Positions 27,525-36,161 of a stretch of 64,000 nucleotides of DNA are shown here, piece by piece. This DNA is from a virus. Position 1 is the stretch's first letter. The number at the start of each line of letters is the position of its first letter. The stretch lies in IMG/VR virus record IMGVR_UViG_3300020201_000009, positions 32,001 through 96,000 of that record; one strand, written 5' to 3'. Under the pieces are notes generated by a model, which saw only the letters and a program-made list of their open reading frames with translations, did no database searches and was not told the DNA's origin. The position numbers were made by a program, and so were the translations under genes.

Positions 27525-28502
27525 TTATTCGGTATCTATAGAATCTTCGCCGCGACTTTCGAAATACTGGATAATCTCCTTTCTTAAACGCCAATTCCTT
27601 TCTGTCAATGTATATAAACCAGTGACATCTTTCTTAAGGTCTAATTCTGGGTTAAATTGATTTTCAACTAAGATTGACCATCTATCTCTATACCCCCTAT
27701 TAGCTTTCTTTCCGTGCCAATGATGGGTTATCAAACCCGGTAAGTAACCGATATTTCTATGAATATAATGACGGCAACGAACTTGCCAAATTTTTAAATA
27801 TTTAATATAAACTGGGTGGACTTTTGGATGAACACTAAATTGCACTTTATCTACTAACGCATAACACATATGACGATCTGCACTACCTAACACTGCCCAA
27901 TCTATTAATCCGCCCACCTTTTCTAAAGCGTCTCTACGTGCCGCCCAACAATAACCGGGATGCCAAGAACCAGCCGCATATTTTTTGTAGTCCCACTCCA
28001 TTTTCATATTATCATACCACGCTTTACAAAAACTCATTTGTGGTTTTTTATCAATCGGCTCTCCATTTGGACCCAAATCTTGCGCATGTGACCATGGCTG
28101 AATAAAGTCATGCAATTGTAACTTTTGTACGGTTTCTTCCGCCCAATCAGGTCTTTGAAAAACAATATCGGCGTCGCACCAGCAAATATATCTAGCTTCC
28201 TTTGGAAGACGTTGAATCATAAGATTTAAGAGATTTTCTTTTGACCAAATCACATTTCCCTTACGATCCTCGCCGCCAGTTCGAATTTGTAAATGGAAAG
28301 GATTATCAGAATTAGTAATAACAAAAGATCTTTCTCCATAAGCAAGTTCTACTGTCCAAAGTATAGCCCCCGCATCTTTAATTCTTTTAGCAAATTCTGC
28401 ATATAGCTCATAACGAGAGTTATAGTTAATAGGATTACTTATTGCAGTAACCACATGAAGCTTGTTTGCCCATCCTTCTAATCCATCAAATAGCGTTTTC
28501 AT
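27525..28502 (-). CDS. Glycosyltransferase-like protein (GT-A), antisense to the cluster
   Basis: WSKENLLN, YICWCDADIVF (DxD), GYCWAARR..LEKVGGL..WAVLGSAD, HHWHG. Confidence 0.75.
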   Translation of the reverse strand: MKTLFDGLEGWANKLHVVTAISNPINYNSRYELYAEFAKRIKDAGAILWTVELAYGERSFVITNSDNPFHLQIRTGGEDRKGNVIWSKENLLNLMIQRLPKEARYICWCDADIVFQRPDWAEETVQKLQLHDFIQPWSHAQDLGPNGEPIDKKPQMSFCKAWYDNMKMEWDYKKYAAGSWHPGYCWAARRDALEKVGGLIDWAVLGSADRHMCYALVDKVQFSVHPKVHPVYIKYLKIWQVRCRHYIHRNIGYLPGLITHHWHGKKANRGYRDRWSILVENQFNPELDLKKDVTGLYTLTERNWRLRKEIIQYFESRGEDSIDTE

Positions 28503-28550
28503 AGTTTCTTCTCTTTACCTTAGATTACACCTAAAATCCAAATAAAAATG

Positions 28551-28578
28551 TTGACTTTCTTCCCGTATTTCGCATTAT
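28551..28578 (+). promoter_or_regulatory. sigma70-like promoter
   Basis: TTGACT-16nt-CATTAT upstream of ATG 28598. Confidence 0.55.
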
Positions 28579-28597
28579 ATTAAATATTAACTAAAAA

Positions 28598-29101
28598 ATG
28601 GCAGATATAAACAAAGACGAGCTAAAAAACTTACAAAAAGTTTTCATGGAAAGTACCGAAATCGATAAACTTTTTGACGAGTACAATGATGCACCAGATA
28701 CGATTATTTATAAAAATAACCCACATAAGTCTGGCAAACTTCTCTTAGAGGTTGATGCATCATATGCTTATGATTTTTTATCTATTTACGAAGTTAAAGA
28801 GGCGATGCATTCTACCGATAAACAAGCCGCCTTAAATTCAGATATGACCGAAGAGTTTTTAATTAGACAGTTAGGAAAAAATTTTCATGATCTTATAGTA
28901 GAATCAGATGAATATCAAAACCTTCTAGAGATTAACTTAGAATTATACCGTTTGGTTGATATGGTTAAAACCGAACCTCACCTTGGTAAAGAGGTGGATA
29001 TGGCGGTATTTAAGAGAAGGCTTTCTAAAATAGCTTTACAAGAAAAATTCTTTCCAAACACAAAGATTTCAGAGCAAAAATTCGGTTACGAAAAAGTTTA
29101 A
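28598..29101 (+). CDS. Hypothetical protein (DUF6165-like, glycosylation-cluster associated)
   Basis: EVDASYAYDFLSIYEVK...LLEINLELY...R..K...ISEQK pattern. Confidence 0.55.
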   Translation: MADINKDELKNLQKVFMESTEIDKLFDEYNDAPDTIIYKNNPHKSGKLLLEVDASYAYDFLSIYEVKEAMHSTDKQAALNSDMTEEFLIRQLGKNFHDLIVESDEYQNLLEINLELYRLVDMVKTEPHLGKEVDMAVFKRRLSKIALQEKFFPNTKISEQKFGYEKV

Positions 29102-29340
29102 TGGCGAAAAGTCTTGAGTTTTGTCTCATTCTAGAGACAATCGACGAAGGGTCAAAAAATAATTATTGGACGGAATTCTCGAATCTATACCGAGAGGGCC
29201 AATGGGAAGTCGTTTCTTTTTATGGTGTAAAAGCAAAAGCCAAATTAGTACACGACACAAAACCAACAGTGTTTATTAAAATATCCGATGATTTTCTATT
29301 TTTTAAAATAATAAATGGCGTTAAACAATTCGTGGCCTAA
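29101..29340 (+). CDS. Hypothetical protein
   Basis: 79-aa ORF overlapping both neighbours. Confidence 0.55.
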   Translation: MAKSLEFCLILETIDEGSKNNYWTEFSNLYREGQWEVVSFYGVKAKAKLVHDTKPTVFIKISDDFLFFKIINGVKQFVA

Positions 29341-30535
29341 ATTTAATTGGCCTTTAGGTATTTCCACAATGACGTGGAAAGACAAGTTAAAAATTAGTAA
29401 ATTTCTATTTACAGAGCCCCAATGGACAGCGGGTAAGTGGGTTGAATACTACGAGAATCTTTGGAAGGAAAGTACGAAGGCTCCATATGTAGTAATGACT
29501 TCGAGTGGTTCTTCAGCGAATCAATTAATTGCCCTTCGCCGGAAATGGGAGTTGAAACACTCGAACGAGAAGCACGGCAATAAAGTCCTTTTCCCGGTAG
29601 TCAACTGGATTAGCTCAGTTTCCCCCTTTGTACATGCGGGTTTTGATCCCGTTTTTGTTGATGTAGGACACAATCTTTGCGCAACGGTATCTGATATTGA
29701 AGATAAACTAATTTCCGATCCTCAGATTAAAACAGTTTTTTACACAACCCTTTTGGGTTTTGCATGTAATCTCGCTCATTTACAGAGAGTCTGTTTAAAA
29801 CATGGGGTCAAACTTTTACTCGATAACTGTGAATCGTCTTTTTCATATTTTGATGCAGGGGGGTCTACGTCTACATACTTTAAATCTTTTAATAATTTTG
29901 TCACTTGTTCGACTAGTATTTATATTTCCCATTTTACTAGCGGTGGCAATGAGGGGGGGTTAATATTCTGCCAAAATGAAGAAGAATATGAGTGGTACAA
30001 GATGGCCCGTAACCATGGCATGACTAGAAATATGCCTAAAAAATACCATAATCTAGATGCGAATGAAATGTTCGACTTCTATCTTATGGGGACAAATACG
30101 CGATCTTCAAATCTTCTGGCCTATATGGCTTCTTTGGATTTTGAGAGATCATCCAAGTTTTCTTGCGAACAAAGGAAAAATATAGAAATAGCATTTTCTT
30201 ACGCTCTAGATCATAACAAATACGATATGCCACATTATTACAATGAGCAATCGTCGAAATATTCGCCACTTGCTATTCCAATTATTAAAAATAAAAAATG
30301 CAAGGATGAATCTTTAATCGCAAAAGTGCAGTTTTTTTTAAAAGTTTGCGATGTTGCATATCGTCCAATTGTTGGCGGAAATCTTTTACGGCACACAGCT
30401 TTTAAAGAGTATGGAAACGCACGGTATTTTCCCAATGCTGAGTGGATTCATAACCAAGGTTTATATATTGGTCTCCATCAAGGCGTAACAATTAAAATGG
30501 CGGAAAATCTAGCAAACCGCCTATCAGCATTATAA
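29315..30535 (+). CDS. colD: DegT/DnrJ-family PLP enzyme, ColD-like GDP-4-keto-6-deoxymannose 3-dehydratase
   Basis: SSGSSANQL, PVFVDV, LLLDNCES, SIYISHFTSGGNEGG (His at the Schiff-base Lys position), ARNHGMTRNMP, RPIVGGNLLRH. Confidence 0.7.
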   Translation: MALNNSWPKFNWPLGISTMTWKDKLKISKFLFTEPQWTAGKWVEYYENLWKESTKAPYVVMTSSGSSANQLIALRRKWELKHSNEKHGNKVLFPVVNWISSVSPFVHAGFDPVFVDVGHNLCATVSDIEDKLISDPQIKTVFYTTLLGFACNLAHLQRVCLKHGVKLLLDNCESSFSYFDAGGSTSTYFKSFNNFVTCSTSIYISHFTSGGNEGGLIFCQNEEEYEWYKMARNHGMTRNMPKKYHNLDANEMFDFYLMGTNTRSSNLLAYMASLDFERSSKFSCEQRKNIEIAFSYALDHNKYDMPHYYNEQSSKYSPLAIPIIKNKKCKDESLIAKVQFFLKVCDVAYRPIVGGNLLRHTAFKEYGNARYFPNAEWIHNQGLYIGLHQGVTIKMAENLANRLSAL

Positions 30536-30536
30536 G

Positions 30537-31532
30537 ATGAAAATTGCTTATATTGATTTGGGGGTAAACCGCCCAAGAGAAAGTTATGCCTTAAATCCTA
30601 AAAGATACGGCGGCGGGGCTTGTTTTGCCAGATATGCAAAAATCGAATTAAACACATCGAATGATCTCTTCGATATCCACGCCCCTATTGAATCTTTTAA
30701 TGAATTGGGTGAAGACGAAGGTAGGAGTGGCTGCTTTGGGCTAACTGAAGCAGAAATGTCGGCGATGAGAAATGGCGAAAATATTAGAGGGTATATCAAA
30801 GATGCTGAAAAATATGATATATTTGTATATCATCACGATTGTCTCGCAATTAATGCTTCCGGGTTAAGTGGAAAATTAGTGTCGTGGTCTTTAATGGGAG
30901 ATAACGGGGCGCAACACCCTTCCACTCCGTATGTATTACTTTATCGACCCGGCGAGCAGGCAAGATACGGAAAAGGTTTTCCGGTCACTATTGGTAAATT
31001 TGTTCCGAGTTGTTTTACTTATCCTTCTCTGAAAACAGAAAGTTTGTTCCAATGCTCTAGACACGATGTCCATATGAACACAATAGAGGTTGCTAAATTT
31101 TGTTTAGCTAACAAAAATATTAGCGGCATTTTCGCGGGTCCCATCCTTGATAACTATCCACTAATAGATTATATTAATAATAAGGATACCGTTTATCTTG
31201 GGTTGATTTCCGAAATAGATAAATTAGATTATTGTAAACAGGCCATCGCCACGACATATCTTCATACATGGGATACGGCCTTTAACCTCAGTGCAATCGA
31301 ATCTTTATCTGTCGGCACACCAATCATTGCAGCAAAGCGAGGTTGTTTTGAATATATCATTGAGGAGGGTGTAAATGGATATTTTTGGCAATCTGGAGAC
31401 GATCTTTCTGCTTTGGTTGAAAAATGCAAGAGACTAGACCCTTTGAAGGTCTGGGAAACAGCGCATAGATTTTCTCATAAGGCTATGGTTCGTAGTTTTC
31501 ACAAAGCATTCCAAGAAATTTTATCATTATGA
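30537..31532 (+). CDS. Glycosyltransferase (GT4)
   Basis: YLGLISE..K, FNLSAIESLSVGTPIIA..RG..EYIIEEGVNGY. Confidence 0.85.
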   Translation: MKIAYIDLGVNRPRESYALNPKRYGGGACFARYAKIELNTSNDLFDIHAPIESFNELGEDEGRSGCFGLTEAEMSAMRNGENIRGYIKDAEKYDIFVYHHDCLAINASGLSGKLVSWSLMGDNGAQHPSTPYVLLYRPGEQARYGKGFPVTIGKFVPSCFTYPSLKTESLFQCSRHDVHMNTIEVAKFCLANKNISGIFAGPILDNYPLIDYINNKDTVYLGLISEIDKLDYCKQAIATTYLHTWDTAFNLSAIESLSVGTPIIAAKRGCFEYIIEEGVNGYFWQSGDDLSALVEKCKRLDPLKVWETAHRFSHKAMVRSFHKAFQEILSL

Positions 31533-32242
31533 AAACACAAGAATACCAGAAGTTTAGCATGAAAATTGAACATATTACAGTTTGTGTTAACTATCTGGAT
31601 TTCTTAAGGGTAGCCTATTTACATAATACGCTGGCCGAAGCTTTTGATCACTATATTGTAGTCTCTGACTATAAAGATAAGGCAACCGAAGATTTTTGCA
31701 AACAACACTCAATTACGTTAGTAAGGACAAATCATTTTTATGATCGAGGGGCTGTTTTTAACAAGGGTCTCGCGATTAACGAGGGTTTTAAAGTATTAAA
31801 ATATAGGGATTGGGTGTGCCATATGGATGCCGATACATTTGTTCATAGGAATTTTAGGAAAGATATTGAATTATATCCATTAAACAAAGATTGGTTCTAC
31901 GGAACAGAAAGGGTACTATTAAAAACACCACAAGATCTTTTTTTATATCGTCGCGGAATAGCCGATGAAAGTTTTGAGATCCCGGAAGGGTTCGGTTATG
32001 GTTGGTTTCAGATGTTTAATTGGCAAAGCGAAGTAATCCAGAATACTAGCTATGGCGAATGGTATCCATCATTTCCTGATTGCCGACAATCGGATTGGAT
32101 GTTTCGCGTGAAGTTTGGTGATTTTGATGGTTCTCACGCGAAATGGAAAGGTAGGTTTGATAAGCTTCCATTTCGTTCGTATAACTTGGGGCAGCATGGC
32201 GTAAACCATTTCGGTCGGGTGAGTGAGGAATTTATAACATGA
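31529..32242 (+). CDS. Glycosyltransferase (GT-A)
   Basis: ITVCVNYLDFL, FNKGLAINEG, WVCHMDADT (DxD). Confidence 0.8.
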   Translation: MKTQEYQKFSMKIEHITVCVNYLDFLRVAYLHNTLAEAFDHYIVVSDYKDKATEDFCKQHSITLVRTNHFYDRGAVFNKGLAINEGFKVLKYRDWVCHMDADTFVHRNFRKDIELYPLNKDWFYGTERVLLKTPQDLFLYRRGIADESFEIPEGFGYGWFQMFNWQSEVIQNTSYGEWYPSFPDCRQSDWMFRVKFGDFDGSHAKWKGRFDKLPFRSYNLGQHGVNHFGRVSEEFIT

Positions 32243-32469
32243 ATAAACTTTGGACAGAAGCCGAGATAGATTGGTTGAAAGTGAATTTCCCCCTTTATGG
32301 GGACAAATATCTTTCAGATAATTCGAAATTTTCATATCAACAAATAAAGAATAAGGGAAAATCAATGGGCTTAAAGAAAAGTGCAGAAGTGCGAGAACAA
32401 GAGGCATATGGAATTGATGATGAAGACGCGTTTGACGTCGAAGATTTCGGCGAAGATAGGTACTATTAA
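32239..32469 (+). CDS. Small Myb/SANT-like HTH protein
   Basis: WTEAEIDWLKVNFP...QIKNKGKSMGLKKS. Confidence 0.6.
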   Translation: MNKLWTEAEIDWLKVNFPLYGDKYLSDNSKFSYQQIKNKGKSMGLKKSAEVREQEAYGIDDEDAFDVEDFGEDRYY

Positions 32470-32537
32470 ACAAAATAATTTTAACTATAAAATATATCCC
32501 CTAGAATATAACGCGGGGCTCGCAACATTAAAAAAAA

Positions 32538-33020
32538 ATGAATAATATGGAACAAGAATCAGATAAAACAATATTAGGCAAACTAGAAACTATCAAGCAT
32601 ATACATGAAGTTCGCAAGAATCTATACCGAGCAATTGCAGAATTAGACAAGCGGGCGCGGGAGCATGACTTATCGAAGCTGGAGTCCCCAGAAAAAGAGA
32701 TTTTTGGAGAATTCACACCCGAATTAGCCAAGACCGAATATGGCTCTCTCGAATACTACGCGCTATTAAAAAAAGTACAAGTAGCTTTAGACCATCATTA
32801 TAAACACAATATTCATCACCCTCAGTTCCATGCGAACGGCATTGATGGAATGGATTTATTTGACGTGACAGAAATGTTATTAGATTGGTGCGCCGCAACA
32901 AAGAGAAATAAAAATGGGGATATCCATACGTCAATTGATAAAAATTCGGATCGTTTTAACATGAGTCCGCAACTAACACAAATTCTTCATAATACAATTA
33001 ACCGACACTTTAACCCATGA
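32538..33020 (+). CDS. HD-like metal-dependent phosphohydrolase (DUF5662-like)
   Basis: HI..V, HDLSKL, HHYKHNIHHPQFH, EMLLDW. Confidence 0.7.
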   Translation: MNNMEQESDKTILGKLETIKHIHEVRKNLYRAIAELDKRAREHDLSKLESPEKEIFGEFTPELAKTEYGSLEYYALLKKVQVALDHHYKHNIHHPQFHANGIDGMDLFDVTEMLLDWCAATKRNKNGDIHTSIDKNSDRFNMSPQLTQILHNTINRHFNP

Positions 33021-33898
33021 GTAAATTTAACATCCTATGTGGCCGCGCTGCGATGATTGGCGACACAGTTTCAGCGTTGCCAATTGCGAGTTATTATAAA
33101 CGCAAGTATCCCGACGCAAATATTATTTGGCCAATTGCTAAAAAATGCTCACAGGCGGCTCCCATATTTCTTAACCATCCCGATATTGATCAAGTTATTA
33201 TTTTTGATGGTCAAGAAGGACCTGAGTCAGAAAGAGATTGGAACTTAGTAAGCTCATGTAAGATCGTCATTAATCCCAACCCACCGCATCCCGATAATCT
33301 TTATCCGGCTGAGTTTAGCATTTATTCAGAAACTTGGCGTATGGCGGGCTTACCTATGTCGGAATGGGACTCTTTAACGCCAGAGCAACGCAGACCGAAG
33401 CTCGTGAAATGGTGGAATGAAGAGAAACCCGAATCATTCGGGAAAAAGATAATTTCCTACTGGCCTTGCGCTGGTTATGGTGTTGAAAATAAACGCAATG
33501 CTTCGAAAGAATGGTGTCAAGACCTTACGAATGCTTTAATTAAAGAAGGTTACTGCGTTCACCAATACGGCACCCCTCGGGATTACTCATTCGATATTTT
33601 GGAAGACTATCAGAATTTTAGAAGTTTTAAACAACTTTCTTTTTTGGAACAAATTAAACAAAGTTTAACGAGCGATTTGATGATTGGTACCGATTCTGGA
33701 TCTGCATTAGTAACAGCTGCTTATCAAACCCAACTACAAATTTCACTATTGACTAATCATTGGCCGGGAATTGAGCGTAATAAAACAGCCCTCGCCTCGG
33801 ATTCACCGAAAAACTTCAACTTTTTTGGCCTTGACTCCGCAGACAGAATAGAGATAAAAGAGGTAGTGGAAAAAATCAAAGAATTAACTTATGGGTGA
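33017..33898 (+). CDS. GT9 ADP-heptose:LPS heptosyltransferase-like protein
   Basis: MIGDTVSALP...KRKYPDANI, NHPDIDQVI, DLMIGTDSG. Confidence 0.8.
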   Translation: MSKFNILCGRAAMIGDTVSALPIASYYKRKYPDANIIWPIAKKCSQAAPIFLNHPDIDQVIIFDGQEGPESERDWNLVSSCKIVINPNPPHPDNLYPAEFSIYSETWRMAGLPMSEWDSLTPEQRRPKLVKWWNEEKPESFGKKIISYWPCAGYGVENKRNASKEWCQDLTNALIKEGYCVHQYGTPRDYSFDILEDYQNFRSFKQLSFLEQIKQSLTSDLMIGTDSGSALVTAAYQTQLQISLLTNHWPGIERNKTALASDSPKNFNFFGLDSADRIEIKEVVEKIKELTYG

Positions 33899-34076
33899 AC
33901 TAGATAGACAAAGCGTAATAGACATTATAGATCAAGAGGGTTTCGATTACTCTTTTGCTCATTTTAGTAGTTTCGAGGAAATTAGAGATAAAAAATTCCA
34001 CGAACTACGTGCGGCATATATTGACGCTCGAAACGCCTTGTTAGATTATATTGATTTTGATGAGGGCTCTTTTTAA
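33891..34076 (+). CDS. Small hypothetical protein
   Basis: 61-aa acidic ORF with coupled start and stop. Confidence 0.6.
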   Translation: MGELDRQSVIDIIDQEGFDYSFAHFSSFEEIRDKKFHELRAAYIDARNALLDYIDFDEGSF

Positions 34077-34882
34077 TGGCAAAAATTGGAATTATCTATT
34101 GTTCATATGGGATGCCAGATTATCTATCCAAAAGCTTAAGTCCTTGGATTGAGGCCAAGAAAATTAATCTTGGCGGTAATGAATTTCTTATCGCCGCAGT
34201 TTCGACTCCTTTCAAGGAATATAAAGATTATCAAATTTTAGATAATTCGACACCGACGTTTTTATCAGTGGCCTTGGCCGAAGGTGACATTGACGATCTA
34301 TACGCGGAAACCGAGTATCTGTTGGAATCCGAAGTTCGAGATAAAGCGTTACAGTTCCTTTTAAAGGAGGACTGTGATTCTATTCTAATCGCAGATGGGG
34401 ATGAATTCTTTACTCGGGAACAAATAGAGAGGCTTTTAAAATTTACCGATTTAGATCCATGGACATCATGGTTTAAGTTTAGTTATAAGAATTATATTTT
34501 TGATTCTAACCATTATCTAGCAGAACCATTCACGCCGCCACGTTTTTTTCGCGTACTAACAAACGGTTATCGTCTAGATACATTCTCATGGGATAACGAT
34601 GTGTTTTATAAAGGCACGATTACTTCGAATGGAAAATTTGTCAATAAAAATTTGGATTACAAGGAATTGCCGTCTAGGACTATCCCAGTAAATATAGCAT
34701 TTATTAAACATTATACATGGTTTTCAGATCAAAGGTCAAAAAATAAGATTCGGTATCAAATGGAGCATTTTAAAGGTTCTTGTAGTTATAGATGGAATGA
34801 AAAAGAAAATAAATTGGAATTTAATCCAGAATATTATAATCAGATTGGGCAACGCAATCCGGAGGTTTTAGAAGATGTTTGA
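34076..34882 (+). CDS. Glycosyltransferase (GT2-like)
   Basis: ESEVRDKALQ, ILIADGDEF (DxD), IKHYTW. Confidence 0.75.
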   Translation: MAKIGIIYCSYGMPDYLSKSLSPWIEAKKINLGGNEFLIAAVSTPFKEYKDYQILDNSTPTFLSVALAEGDIDDLYAETEYLLESEVRDKALQFLLKEDCDSILIADGDEFFTREQIERLLKFTDLDPWTSWFKFSYKNYIFDSNHYLAEPFTPPRFFRVLTNGYRLDTFSWDNDVFYKGTITSNGKFVNKNLDYKELPSRTIPVNIAFIKHYTWFSDQRSKNKIRYQMEHFKGSCSYRWNEKENKLEFNPEYYNQIGQRNPEVLEDV

Positions 34883-35087
34883 AATTAAAGTTATTTCGGT
34901 TAATAAAAAGGGCATCGCAAAATGTTCTTACAAATACGATAAAGAATTTTTATCATACTATAGGTCAGAAACGGGTCGCAAAAAAATCGTAGAAAGCGAA
35001 GTATCACAATTTATTGAAACTTATATAATTAATACATTTGAGGATCTAGACTTAAATAAACCTACACCAAAAAAGAGGCGAAAATAA
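34875..35087 (+). CDS. Hypothetical protein
   Basis: 70-aa basic ORF. Confidence 0.55.
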   Translation: MFEIKVISVNKKGIAKCSYKYDKEFLSYYRSETGRKKIVESEVSQFIETYIINTFEDLDLNKPTPKKRRK

Positions 35088-35168
35088 AGAAAGTTTTTAA
35101 AGTTTTTTTACTTACTCAATTTCTAAAGAATTGGGGTAATATACTCTACACTTTAAATATCAAACTAA

Positions 35169-36152
35169 ATGCATAAAAATACAATTTTTAATGAACAAGT
35201 TAGCCGCAAGCCAGATCGTTATCCATGGGCTCAAGATTATATCGATGCGATGTGGGCGGGACACTGGACCCCTAATGAATTTTCCTTTACGAGTGACCTC
35301 CAACAATATAAAACGGAGATGACGGAGCAAGAGCAAGACATTGTAAAAAACGCTTTGTCTGCGATTGGTCAAATCGAAATATCCGTTAAAAAGTTTTGGT
35401 CTCGCTTAGGCGATAATCTTCCCCATCCGTCGTTAACAGATCTCGGCCTAACGATGGCAAATATCGAAGTAATCCATAATAAAGCCTACGAAAAGCTTTT
35501 AGACACATTACAACTTCAAGATATCTTTGAAGAAAATCTAAAATTAGATATTATCCAAGGAAGGGTAAAATATTTAAAAAAATATCTAGATAAAACTTAT
35601 ACAGATAATCGAAAACAATATGTTTATTCTCTAGTTCTTTTTACGCTATATGTAGAGAACGTTTCTCTTTTTAGCCAATTTTACATAATTAATTGGTTTA
35701 ATAGATTTCGTAACAAACTCAAAGACACAGCTCAGCAAGTCGCATATACAGCTAAAGAAGAACAACTACACGCATTAGCGGGAATAAAAATTATTAACAC
35801 GATTCGAGAAGAATTGCCAGAATTATTTGATGGGGAATTAGAGGAAAGAATCAGATTTGAAGCGCATGAAACATTCAAGGCCGAATCCAAAATTATCGAT
35901 TGGATGTTGCGTGAATATGAGGCGGAAAGTTTAAGCTCCCCAATTTTGAAAGAGTATGTGAAGCAACGCATAAATGATTCATTGATCCAAATAGGCTTCG
36001 CTAAAATCTTTGAGGTATCAGAAGAACTATTGGCGGAATCTGCTTGGATGGACGTAGATGTAAACGCGAATAGTATGACAGATTTCTTTCATAAAAGACC
36101 AATAGAATATTCTAAAAAGAATCAAGTTTTTAGCGGCGAAACCCTTTTTTAA
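35169..36152 (+). CDS. nrdB: Ribonucleotide reductase beta subunit (class Id-like)
   Basis: YPWA..Y, HWTPNE, QIEISVKKFW, EVIHNKAY, VENVSLFSQF, EEQLH, DFFHKRP.EY. Confidence 0.95.
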   Translation: MHKNTIFNEQVSRKPDRYPWAQDYIDAMWAGHWTPNEFSFTSDLQQYKTEMTEQEQDIVKNALSAIGQIEISVKKFWSRLGDNLPHPSLTDLGLTMANIEVIHNKAYEKLLDTLQLQDIFEENLKLDIIQGRVKYLKKYLDKTYTDNRKQYVYSLVLFTLYVENVSLFSQFYIINWFNRFRNKLKDTAQQVAYTAKEEQLHALAGIKIINTIREELPELFDGELEERIRFEAHETFKAESKIIDWMLREYEAESLSSPILKEYVKQRINDSLIQIGFAKIFEVSEELLAESAWMDVDVNANSMTDFFHKRPIEYSKKNQVFSGETLF

Positions 36153-36161
36153 TTTAAAAAA

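Noticed and set aside
27454-27660. 68-aa plus-strand ORF after the 26669 GT
   Set aside because: It runs through a terminator hairpin and overlaps the convergent GT gene.
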